The notes beneath the pieces were generated by a model, which did not search any database, was not told the origin of the DNA, and saw only the letters and a list, made by a program, of their open reading frames with translations. Source: Anaeramoeba ignava BMAN (lineage: Eukaryota > Protista > Anaeramoebae). From it: a stretch of DNA of 64,000 nucleotides. A program made the position numbers and the translations under genes. How positions within the stretch are numbered: the first letter of the stretch is position 1; each line of letters begins with the position of its first letter. The DNA lies in the NCBI GenBank assembly GCA_028826165.1, contig JAPDFW010000065.1, forward strand, positions 434,001-498,000. Reading direction: 5' to 3'. Shown one piece after another: positions 21,833-34,100 of the stretch.

Positions 21833-24800
21833 TTAGAAATAAGATTGAAGCATTAAAAGGACGTAAGTTGGGAAAGTGAGTTCAACTTTATCTTTTCGTT
21901 CTATTTAAAAAAAAAAAACAAAGAAGAATAAATTTAAATTATTTTAAAATTATTTTAATTTTATTTTAATTTTATTTTAAAATTATTTTGATTTTATTTT
22001 AAAATTATTTTACGAGTATCCCAAGCATTGAAAACATTAGCTGAGAGTTGAAGGAAAATGCATAAAGCAATATAACCATCATAATGAATTTTTCCTTTTT
22101 TTCCAAACTTATCAATAATTGCAAGAATTGTTTCTTTCTTTAAATGTCCAAATCCAGCTTTATGTAAAGCTTTTAAAAGTTCATCAATTTCAAGAAGTCC
22201 ACTATGATCTTTATCATGTTCTTGAAAGCTTGTTTGCATTACTAAATTAGATATAATTATAATTATTATTAAAAATCAAAATATTTAATAATTTGGTTTA
22301 TTTTTCTTTTTAATTTTGAAAAAAATATAAATACATTTCATAAATTTGTAAAGAAGAACGAATTCTTGGAAATTAACCTTTTTAAATAAGATATTTTAAT
22401 TTTAATTTTAATTTTAATTTTAATTTTAATTTTGATTTTAATTTTTATTTTAATTTTGATTTTAATTTTGATTTTAATTTTGATTTTAAATTGATTTTAA
22501 TTTTTATTTTGATTTTTATTTTGATTTTGATTTTAATTTTTGATTTTAATTTTTGATTTACTTTTGAATCTTGGGTTTTGGAAAACATTCTTATTAATTT
22601 ATCAGAAGTTCCTGCATCAAATTTTTCAAAAGAAAGAGATAAAGCTTTTGCTAATTCAATTGAATCAATAAATCCAGAACTAAAAACAAAAAGTTATAAA
22701 TAAATATTTTGGATTAAAAATTATGAAATAATATTTATATTTTTACTGGTCTGTATCCACCTAAAAATAAATGAAAATTATTATTAAATTTATTATTAAA
22801 ATTATTATTAAATTTATTTATTAAAATTTATTATTAAAATTATTATTAAAATTATTAAATTTATTATTAAAATTATTATTAAATTTATTATTAAAATTAT
22901 TATTAAATTTATTATTAAATTTATTATTAAAATTATTATTAAAATTATTATTAAATTTATTATTAAATTTATTATTAAATTTATTATTAAAATTATTATT
23001 AAAATTATTATTAAAATTATTATTAAATTTATTATTAAATTTATTATTAAATTTATTATTAAATTTATTATTAAATTTATTATTAAATTTATTATTAAAT
23101 TTATTATTTAATTTATTATTAAATTTATTATTAAATTTATTATTTAATTTATTATTAAATTTATTATTAAAATTTATTATTAAATTTATTATTAAAATTA
23201 TTATTAAATTTATTATTAAAATTATTATAAAATTATTATTAAATTTATTATTAAAATTATTATAAAATTATTATTAAATTATTATTAAAATTATTATTAA
23301 AATTATTATTAAAATTATTATTAAAATTATTATTAAAATTTATTATTAAAATTTATTATTAAATTTATTATTATATTTATTATTAAATTTATTATTAAAT
23401 TTATTATTAAATTTATTATTAAATTTATTATTAAATTTATTATTAAATTTATTATTAAATTTATTATTAAAATTATTATTAAATTTATTATTAAATTTAT
23501 TATTAAATTTATTATTAAATTTATTATTAAATTTATTATTAAATTTATTATTAAATTTATTATTAAATTTATTATTAAAATTTATTATTAAATTTATTAT
23601 TATTATAATTATTAATATTATTATTAAATTTATTATTAAAATTTATTATTAAATTTATTATTAAAATTATTATTAAATTTATTATTAAATTTATTATTAA
23701 ATTTATTATTAAAATTATTATTAAATTTATTATTAAATTTATTATTAAATTTATTATTAAATTTATTATTAAAATTATTATTAAAATTATTATTAAATTT
23801 ATTATTTAAATTATTATTTAAAATTATTATTAAAATTTATTATTATATTTATTATTAAAATTATTATTAAATTTATTATTTAAATTTATTATTAAATTTA
23901 TTATTAAATTAATTATTAAAATTTATTATTAAAATTATTATTAAATTTATTATTAAATTTATTATTATAATTATTATTAAAATTATTATTAAATTTATTA
24001 TTAAAATTTATTATTAATATTATTATTAAATTTATTATTAAATTTATTATTAAAATTATTATTAAAATTATTATTAAAATTATTATTAAATTTATTATTA
24101 AAATTATTATTAAATTTATTATTAAAATTAATTATTAAATTTATTATTTAATTTATTATTAAATTTATTATTAAAATTAATTATTAAAATTTATTATTAA
24201 ATTTATTATTAAATTTATTATTAAAATTATTATTAAAATTATTATTAAATTTATTATTAAAATTATTATTAAATTTATTATTAAAATTATTATTAAAATT
24301 ATTATTAAATTTATTATTAAAATTATTATTAAATTTATTATTAAATTTATTATTAAATTTATTATTAAATTTATTATTAAAATTATTATTAAATTTATTA
24401 TTAAATTTATTATTAAATTTATTATTAAATTTATTATTAAATTTATTATTAAAATTATTATTAAATTATTATTAAATTATTATTAAATTTATTATTAAAT
24501 TTATTATTAAATTTATTATTAAATTTATTATTAAATTTATTATTAAATTTATTATTATATTTATTATTAAATTTATTATTATTTTTTTGGATTAAATTTT
24601 TTAATTAATTTTTTTTTAATTGATTTTTACTTGTTGAAACCATTGAGTAAGTTGATTCATTAACATTTGTTCAGGATTCATCATTGGTTGTTGTTGGTAC
24701 ATCATTCCTTGACCACCCATCATCATTCCTTGTTGGCCCATCATCATTGGTTGTTGTTGGTACATCATTCCTTGTTGTCCCATCATCATTGGTTGTTGTT

Positions 24801-24981
24801 GGTACATCATTTGTTGTTGTTGTTGTTGTTGTTGCATCATTTGGTTTTGGAATTGCTTTTGTTGGTGATACATCATTTCTTGATTTTTTTCTTGTTGTTC
24901 TTTTAAGTGCTTTTGATATTTTTTTTGTTGTTTCTTTAATTCTTTTTGCTTCTTTTTTTGTTCTTTTGAAGAATAACTCAT
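21833..24981 (-). CDS. Penta-EF-hand Ca2+-binding protein (ALG-2/peflin/sorcin-like) with Q/M/G/P/Y-rich N-terminus
   Basis: Exons 24981-24631, 22760-22747 (14 nt), 22679-22562, 22377-22335, 22241-~22014 and 21900-21833. EF loops WFQQVDTDHSGFIDSIEL and FQEHDKDHSGLLEIDEL. Confidence 0.85.
22761..24630. repeat. ~1.8-kb intronic (TTATTATTAAAT)n 12-mer satellite
   Basis: Almost pure A/T 12-mer array between the GT donor at 24630 and the AG acceptor at 22761. Confidence 0.92.
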
Positions 24982-25446
24982 TGTTGAAAAATAAAAGAAA
25001 ATGAATTTAATTTTTTTAATTTTTTTTAATTAAAAAATTTTTTTTTTCTTTTTAGGATTTTTTTTAATTAATTTTTTTTTTTATTAATTTATTATTAAAT
25101 TGAGAACGAAATTAAATTAAAAAATTAAATTAAAATAAATTAAATAAAAAATTAAAATTAAATTAAAATAAATTAAATAAAAAATTAAAAAAAGATCAAA
25201 AAGTGGAATTTAAATTGTTTTGGATTTTTTTTAAATTTTTGTTAGTTAAACTTCGAAAAGAAAAATGAAGTAAAAGAGAAAAGAAAAAAAAAATCAAAAT
25301 TAAAAGAAAAGAAAAAAAGAACTAAAAAAAAAGAAAAATTATTCCTTAACTTTAGTTTTTTGATTTAAATTTGAATTTTAAATTTTAAATTTTAAATTTT
25401 AATTTTGATTTTTAAATTTTAATTTTTGGATTTTGGATCTAAATTC

Positions 25447-28400
25447 TTAATTCTTCTTTTTCTGCTTTTTCTGCTTCAACAAACTATCAAATTGACCTTT
25501 AAAAGCAACATATCTTTGATATCTTTGAGTAATATCATTAAGAAGTTGGTCTTGTTTGAGTTTTGCATCATCAGGGAAAGTAGACTTAAGACTTTCAAAA
25601 CGATTCTCTGATTTCAAGAATTCATGGAAACCTGGCTTTGGTTTTGAGGAGTCAAGAACCATTGGGTTTTTTCCTAAGGCGAGTAAGTTAGGATCATAAC
25701 GATAAAGAAGATAATATCCTTTACTGATTGCTTCTTTTGCATGAGCAGGTCCGATTCCGAGACCGTTCTTGATGCCGTGCTCGATGCAAGGGCAGTAAGC
25801 AATGACGAGGGAAACGCCTTTGTGCTTCTCTGCCTCTGTAATTGCCTTGATGGCCTGAGTGGGGTTAGCAGAGAGACAGATGGATGCGACATAAACATTT
25901 CCATAGGTGATTGCCATCATCCCAAGATCCTTCTTTGCCGTGGTTTTTCCTGATGCTGTGAACTTCGCTACTCCCGCTCGCGGTGTCGATTTGGATGACT
26001 GCCCTCCGGTGTTGGAATAGACCTCAGTGTCAAGTACTAGAAGATTCACATCTTCCCCACTCGCTAATATGTGATCAACTCCCCCATAGCCAATGTCATA
26101 CGCCCAGCCGTCTCCGCCTTGTATCCATATAGACTTCTTCGCGAGAAGATCTTTGTTTTTGTAGATGTAATTCATCGCGTTTTCTGTCTCGTTTGAAAAT
26201 TCGGAAAAAATGGATTTTTTTGAATTTGTTTCGAAAAGATGTTTTTTGGATTCTAAATATTTCTGGATTTCTTGGGAAACGTTATTGGATTCAACGCGAT
26301 CATCGAAAACATCGATCCATTTGCGAAGAAGCGATGTGAGAACGGGGTCTTTTTCAAAGAGATCCTTTGCGAGAAAGTCCTTGATATAAGCCATCAATTT
26401 GACTCTGAGTTGAGAAACTGATTTGGCGATTCCGAGACCGTATTCGGCATTATCTTCAAAAAGGGAGTTTCCCCAAGCAGGACCATGACCAAGACTGTTT
26501 GAGGTGTAAGGATTCCAGGGGAAAGTTCCGCCCCACACGGATGAGCATCCAGATGCGTTTGCGATGATCATCTGGTCTCCGAAAAGCTGAGTAACCAGCT
26601 TGATAACTGGCGTCTCTCCGCATCCAGCGCAAGCGCCAGAGAACTCAAGAAGAGGTTGTGAAAATTGACTGCCTTTGAGAGTGGTTGTTTTGTAGATACT
26701 ATCCCGTGTCGGGAGTTTCATCATGTAATCCCAATTATCTCCGTGTTTTGTCTTCATAGTTTCTGACGGAACCATTTGAAGACAGTTTTCGGGACATGCG
26801 TTCGCACATACGGTGCATCCTGTGCAATCAAACGGGGAAATTTGGATCGTGAATTTATATTCCTTTGTTTTTGGATCCTCGAGAACATCAATAACCTCAG
26901 GATAAGGCGCTTTGTTTTTTTCTTCCTCGGAAATGAAAAAAGGTCGAATTGCTGCGTGCGGACAAAGCACAGAGCACATGTTGCATTGAATGCACTTGCT
27001 CGAATCCCATTTAGGCACAAAATCAGAGAATCCTCGTTTCTCATATTTACTTGTTCCTGAAGGAATTTTCCCTGCGAAATCAAGTTTAGTCAAAGGTAGA
27101 TTATCCCCCTTCATTGCTAAAATTGGTCGCATTACATCCCGTACAAACTGCGGATCTTGAACAATGATTTTCTTTGGGATTGTTTGAAGATCGTTTTCTG
27201 GATCAGCATCCTTCCATGTCTCGGGATACTTGATCTCAATAATGTTCCGTATTCCGGTGTCAACTGCGTCCTTGTTTTTCTGCACAATATCCTCACCCTT
27301 CCGCATATACTCTTTCTCAATCGCCTTCTTTAGAAGCCCGATGGCTTTGTCTTCCGGAAGAACATTACTCAATTTGAAGAATACTGCCTGCATGATCATG
27401 TTGATTCTTCCGCTCAATCCAACCTCATCCGCAATTTTTGATGCGTCGATGTTATAGAATTGCAGTTTTTTGCGTGCAATCTGTCTTTTCACGTTATTTG
27501 GAAGATTTTTCTCAAGTTCCTCAATAGTGTTCCATGGTGAGTTGAGGATGAATTTACTCCCCGGTTTTGCTGGATTCAGAAGATGATCATATTTTCCAAG
27601 ATAAGATTTCAAATGGCAGGCAATATAATCCGAATCGGTAATCATATAAGAGGAATCAATATGTTTTGGACCGAAACGGAGATGTGAAATTGTTACACCA
27701 CCAGACTTGTGAGCAGAATAGGCGAAATAACCCTGTCCATACAAAGGTGTATTTTCCACAATGATTTTGATTGCGTTCTTATTGGCTCCCACAGTTCCAT
27801 CAGAACCCATTCCCCAGAAAATACATTGTTTTGTACCTTGAGGCACGGCATCGATATTTTCTCCGAAACTCAACGAAGTATTCAAAATATCATCAGTGAT
27901 TCCGACAGTAAAATTGTTTTTCGGATTCAATTGATTCAAATTATCGTAAATTGAGCGAACCATTGCGGGTGTGAATTCCTTACCACCAATTCCGAATCTC
28001 CCACCGATAACTTCGATGTTCTTTCCATGAACCGCAGAGACGACGTCTGATTGGAGAGGTTGAGACGGTGCTCCGTTCTCTTTTACTCGATCAAGAACGG
28101 CGATTCTTTTGACCGTTTTTGGCAACGCACTCAAAAAATGTTCCACAGAAAAAGGTCGATATAACCGAACCTTAATGAGCCCGATTTTCTCATTGGGGAA
28201 TTTCTCAATTATCTCTTCCACAGGAGACGCTCCCGATCCCATTACAACAACAACTCTCTCTGCCTCAGGATGGCCGAGATAATCAAACAAACGATATTGT
28301 CTGCCTGTTTTTTCTGCAAATTGGTCCATGTATTGCTGAACAATATAAGGAACTTTGTTATAATATCTGGCGGTTTCCTCAATAAACTGGAAATACACAT

Positions 28401-31021
28401 CTGTGCCCTGAACAGTTCCTCTCAGATGCGGGTGTTCAGGATTTAAGGATTTTTCTCTGTGTTTCTCAATGGCTTGGTAGTCCACCATTTTCTTCATCAA
28501 TTCAGGATTTAAAACATCGACTGAATTAACTTCGTGGGAAGTTCTGAAACCGTCAAAGAAATGAAGGAAAGGAATAGAAGATTGAATTGTGGCGAGATGT
28601 GATATAAAGCCTAAGTCCATAACTTCCTGGACTGTTCCCGAGCTCATCATTGCGAATCCTGTTTGTCTTGTTGCCATTACGTCTGAATGATCACAGAAGA
28701 TGGATAAACCTTGTCCTCCTACAAGTCGAGAGCTTATGTGGAATACTGCTGGCATTAATCCCCCAGCTATTTTGTACATGTTGGGAATCATCAGAAGTAA
28801 TCCTTGAGATGCTGTGAATGTTGTTGCTAATGCTCCTGCTGCTACTGCTCCGTGAAGTGCTCCTGCTGCTCCTCCTTCAGATTGCATTTCTGTTACTTGT
28901 AATGGTATTCCGAAAATGTTTTTTTTCCCTTCTGCGCTCCATTTATCTGCGAGTTCTCCCATTGTACTTTTTATTTAAATATTTATTAGATTTAATTATT
29001 TATTAAATTTATATATTTATTTGATTTGAATTAAATATTTATTTGATTTGAATTAAATTAAATATTTATTAGATTTGAATTAAATATTGATTTAAATATT
29101 TAAAGATTTATTTGATTTAAATATTTATTTGATTTAAATTAAATATTGATTTGAATTAAATATTTGATTTGATTTGATTTGATTTAAATTAAATATTTAT
29201 TTGATTTGATTTGATTTAAATTAAATATTGATTTGATTTGATTTGATTTGATTTGATTTAAATATTTATATATTGATTTGATTTAATTATTTATTTGATT
29301 TAATTTAAATATTTATTTGATTTAATTTGAATTAAATATTTATTTGATTTGAATTAAATTAAATATTTATTAGATTTAATTTAAATATTGATTTGATTTG
29401 ATTTGATTTGATTTGATTTGATTTTAATTAAATATTTATTTGATTTAAATTAAATATTTATTTGATTTTAATTAAATATTTATTTGATTTGAATTAAATA
29501 TTGATTTGATTTAAATATTTATTAGATTTGATTTGATTTAAATTAAATATTTATTTGATTTAATTTAAATATTTATATATTGATTTAATTTAAATATTTA
29601 TTTGATTTGATTTAAATATTTATTAGATTTAATTTTATTTGAATTAAATATTTATTTGATTTAATTTAAATATTTATTTGATTTGATTTGAATTAAATAT
29701 TTATTAAATTAAAGATTTATAAGATTTGGAAAATAAATTGATGATTCATTGGTCGATTTTGCGAATAGATGATCGAAAAATTGGCCAAAAATCATTTTCT
29801 TTAATAACACATCTTTTTGAGCCATTTCTTTTGTTTGTTGTTGAGAAGAAAGGGGTCGAGAAAGTTTATAATACTGATAACAAAAATAAAACTTCTCAAA
29901 TTTATTTTGCTTTTTTTTTCTTTTATTTGAATAACTTCTTGCAATTTTGAAATAACCATTTTATTCTCAATAAGTTTTATATTTGTTTTTTATTTTTAAA
30001 TTTGAATCAATTTAATTTATAGTTGAGATATAAGGAGTTCTTTTTCAAAACTATTAAAATTTATATGTTCTCCCATTTTGGTAAAAAAATCACTCTATGC
30101 AAAAAGTTTGAAATTATATTTTATTGATGAAAAAGATATTCTTTTTTTTACCAAAATGGGAGAAGATGTCTAAAATACTCAAATAAAAAATGAACAAGAA
30201 AATTTCCATTGTATGTAATTGACATCTAAAAGAAATCAATAAAGAATTGTTGATAACTTTTTGAAATATTTTGTCATTGTAATGAAATTAAAAACAAAGA
30301 TCCTTTCATACAATGAAGAAAGAATAATCTGAAGAGATAATTTATTTTCAAAATCTAATGAAAAGATTATTCTATTCTCTTAATTCATTTGTTAGAATAA
30401 AAAATCCAAAATCATTTGTCAAAGAAGAGAAAGAATCAAGAAGAGAAATTGAATTGAATTGAGAGATTAGATGAGAAAAGAAACTATTGATTCAAATTGA
30501 CAAAATCGATTCAAAATATGAAGAAAAAGAAAAAGAAAATTTTAATAAAGAATGAAAAAAACAATAAAAAATTTTGAATTTGGTTATTTCATTTTTAGTC
30601 AAAAAATCTCTTCTTTGTTTTTATCAGAAAAATAATCGATAACAAAGGAAATTATTTCATATATTATCAATAACTCTCAAATTTAGAAAGATAGCATCTT
30701 TTCGCAAAATCGACCATTGTTATTTTAAATAAAATTAAATAAAATTAAAAAAATAGAAACACTTACGTTGCTGGAGTAATTGGATATAAAAAAGCTACAT
30801 CACTCATCATATAACCAATATAAGCAGCTGCTGTGTTTCCATCCATTGGTTCTTTTGTCTAATTTACAAAAAAAAAAAGAAGAAAATTAACAAAAAAATT
30901 ATTTAATAAAATTTTTATTGATTTTTTTTTTTTGATTTAAAAAATTTTTTTTTACTGAAAACATTTTAAAAAGTGAATTACTTATGATCTTCTTCTTAAT
31001 TTTTTTTGTTGTCTGTAACAT
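25447..31021 (-). CDS. PFO: Pyruvate:ferredoxin oxidoreductase with N-terminal organellar-type leader
   Basis: Exons 31021-30956, 30858-30767 and 28966-25447. Motifs MDGNTAAA, YPITPA, EMQSEGGAAG, two CxxCxxCxxxCP, SGACAGCGE, and the TPP motif GGDGWAYDIG...EVYSNTGGQ. Confidence 0.97.
28975..29715. repeat. (ATTTG/ATTTA)n degenerate pentamer satellite in PFO intron 2
   Basis: Direct inspection of the sequence. Confidence 0.8.
29747..30719. mobile_element. Putative non-autonomous DNA transposon (MITE-like), ~973 bp, 25-bp terminal inverted repeats, inside PFO intron 2
   Basis: 29747-29771 CATTGGTCGATTTTGCGAATAGATG matches the reverse complement of 30695-30719, CAATGGTCGATTTTGCGAAAAGATG, at 23/25 positions. 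The interior is complex sequence, unlike the other introns. No clear target-site duplication. Confidence 0.7.
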
Positions 31022-31145
31022 TTTTTATGTTGTTTTTATTTTTAAAATAATCAAAATAAATGAAAGAAAAAAAATGAAAAAAAAAATAAAAAAAAAATTT
31101 TTTTGATTTAAATTTTTATTTAATTTTTTCATTTTTTATTTTAAA

Positions 31146-34100
31146 ATGGAAAATAAATTTAATCAACTTTATTCAAAAAATTTAAATTCAAATGAAAAAA
31201 TCGAATTAGCTAATAATATTTTTAAAGATGAAAAAGCATTTCTTATTAATAAAAATCAAGTTTTATTAACATGGATTATAAATATATTAATTAAATCATT
31301 AAAAACAGAAAAATTCAAATCAAAATTCAAATCAAAATTCAAATCAAAATTCAAATCAAAATTCAAATCAAAATTCAATTCAAAATTCAAATCAAAATTC
31401 AATTCAAAATTCAAATCAAAATTCAAATCAAAATTCAAATCAAAATTCAATTCAAAATTTAGAAAAAAATTTAGAAAAAAATGAAAACCTCAAAATTTCA
31501 TATTGGGATTTCCTCATCTTAATACTTAAAACAATATCAACTCAAAATATCTCATCCCCAAAAATATCAATACATCCAAAACTCCTCTCTTCAATCTCAT
31601 ACGCAATAACACACTCAAAAGACACAAAACTCCTCAATATAATCAATAACTTGATTTCTTTATTATCATCAGAACTCAGAAATTATTTCAGAGTATCTCT
31701 CTTCCAAATAGCGCAATTCATTGAAGATACTACATCACACTTCATCACAAACTCACCACAAAATAACATCCTAATAAATACCCATTTACTTATCATTCAA
31801 AAAGCCATTTTTCTCTTTAACAAAAAATACGAAGAACAATCAAATCATAAAAGTGTTTATTTAATGTTCCTCAAAAAACTCTTTTGGCCACTCCTCAAAT
31901 TCAATTACTCCCTTCTTTCACTCATCCCAAAACCCCAAAATTCTTGTGCACTTTCCTCTCAAATCAAGGATCTCATTTCAAATGTTCTTTTCCATAAAAA
32001 TCACATTTATGAATACCAAATTTCAATTAAAAATATTCACAAAGAAAACAAAAAATCAGAATCATATCCTTCCAAATTCTTCCAAAAATTATCCCAATTT
32101 TCTCAATCAAAAGAAATCAAATCACTTCTTCCCTTTTTCCTCAAAACCTTCATTACAAAATACCACAAATACATCTCAAAATCATCACTAAAATTACCCA
32201 AAAAATATGCAAAAAATCAAAAAAATCAAAAAAATCAAGAAAAAGAACAATCACCAATCGAGTTTGCATTTTTCATCCAATTATCAAATACAATCCCTAA
32301 AATTGAGGAAAAAAACTTTGAAAAAAACGATAAAGAATCACTTCTTTTTGATCTTGAAATCACAAACGAATTATTATCAACTTTGATACACTTCCAAATA
32401 TACAAAATCGCACAGGATAATCTACTTTATAATAATTTCCAATATAATTTCCTTCTTCAAACATTTGTTATCCCAATATCTCGGATATTGCTCCAAGAAA
32501 CAATCCCCAAATTAAATCAACCATTAATATCCTCAATATTCCAATTGATGAAAAAATTATTTTCAATGAATCACTTACTTTTTTCTCAAAATCTTGAGCA
32601 ATTTTTCACTACAAATCTCTCTCAAAATACAATTCATTCCGCTACTTTTTTTTACAATAAGATCATCAAAACTTTTTCTCAATTATCCCAAATGGACAAA
32701 ATTCTCCAAATCATTCTTTCTGCAAATCTCAGCAATTTTCAAACACCCTCACATTTATTCAACTCTTTGAAATTCAAACAAAAACTCTCAAAGTTATTTC
32801 TTGATCTTTCTGAAAATCAAATTTTCACCATTTGGCAAATGTTCCTCGACCATATCAACTCTAGCTTCACAGAATATAAATCTTCACAATCACTTCTTGT
32901 TGCAATCCAATATTCTAGCTTTTTTCTCACTTCAATTTCCCAAATCACACTTAAAAATTACCAAAATATTCATCACTTACTCACTCAATCTTTCAATTCA
33001 ACACTCAAAACTCTCTACAATAAATTCACTTCCTCATATTTGATTGACTACGGAACCTCTTTTTTTCTCCTATTCATTTCTCTCTGGAAAATTTTAAGAG
33101 CTTATCAATCAATACAAAATTCTTCATTAATTCAAGAACTCAAAATTGTTCCTCAAAATTTTATTCAGGAAATTGATCCTCATTTTTCAATTAAAAAATT
33201 ACGTTTGTTTTCCAAAAAGAATCAATCATCAACCACACAAAAATCCACTGTTCCTTTTTCCAAAGATCTTTTCTCTTTTTGCTTACTTGAATTTGCGACT
33301 CTCTGGCTTGAATTGAGTTGCAATTATCAAAAAAGCACTGAAAAAACTGGAAACGGAAATGGAAATTGAAGAAGAAAATGAAAATCTCATAAAAATCAAG
33401 CAAAACTTATCCAAATTCATCTACCATCAAGTTTTCAATCTTATTTCATTACTTTCTACCAACCCAATTGCCAAAATAAAATCTTTGGATCAACAATTTC
33501 TTACCAATTATTTCCTCATTTTCTCATCAAATACTTATATGATTAGTGAAAATATTCCTTCAAAATATATTGCCAAAATTCTCCAAAAACTTCTCCATTT
33601 AATTTTGCAAGATGATCAACAAAATCAAAATGATTCCTCTCAAATTCTATCCCAATTTGCTTTGTCAATTTTCAGCAGTGATTTATTTTATGAGTCAAGA
33701 AATATCCAACAAAATTTCACAAAAATAATCCAAAAAAACATCCAATCAAATCAAAAAAACGCACAACAATTATTCCAATTTATAACCAGAATTCCTATCG
33801 AATTTATTGATCATAATTTAGCAACTTTATTGATTCAATCATTTATTAATGATTTGCTTGATTTTTTAAATGGAAAAACAAATTTATCAGCACCAATTTC
33901 TTTAATTATTCAATGGATCAAAAAATTTTCACAAATTTTCTCAGTGGAATTTTCACAAGAAATGAAAGGAAGTAAAATTATCCAAATGACAAATTTGTTC
34001 AAAAATGAACCTATCAATAATTCCCTTGAAAAAAATCAGAATGACTCAAATATCAAACTCGATATTTTTTCTTGGCTATGCAATCACTTTCTGAAAATTG

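Noticed and set aside
25426-29006. Short ORFs overlapping PFO on either strand
   Set aside because: They are by-products of the GC-richer PFO coding sequence and have no recognisable motifs.
31146-33369. URB2 as a pseudogene, split gene or programmed frameshift; KSKF repeat protein
   Set aside because: Both breaks lie in A-homopolymers, and the alternative frame gives typical NSNQ repeats. Similar indels affect many genes here, which is consistent with long-read consensus error.
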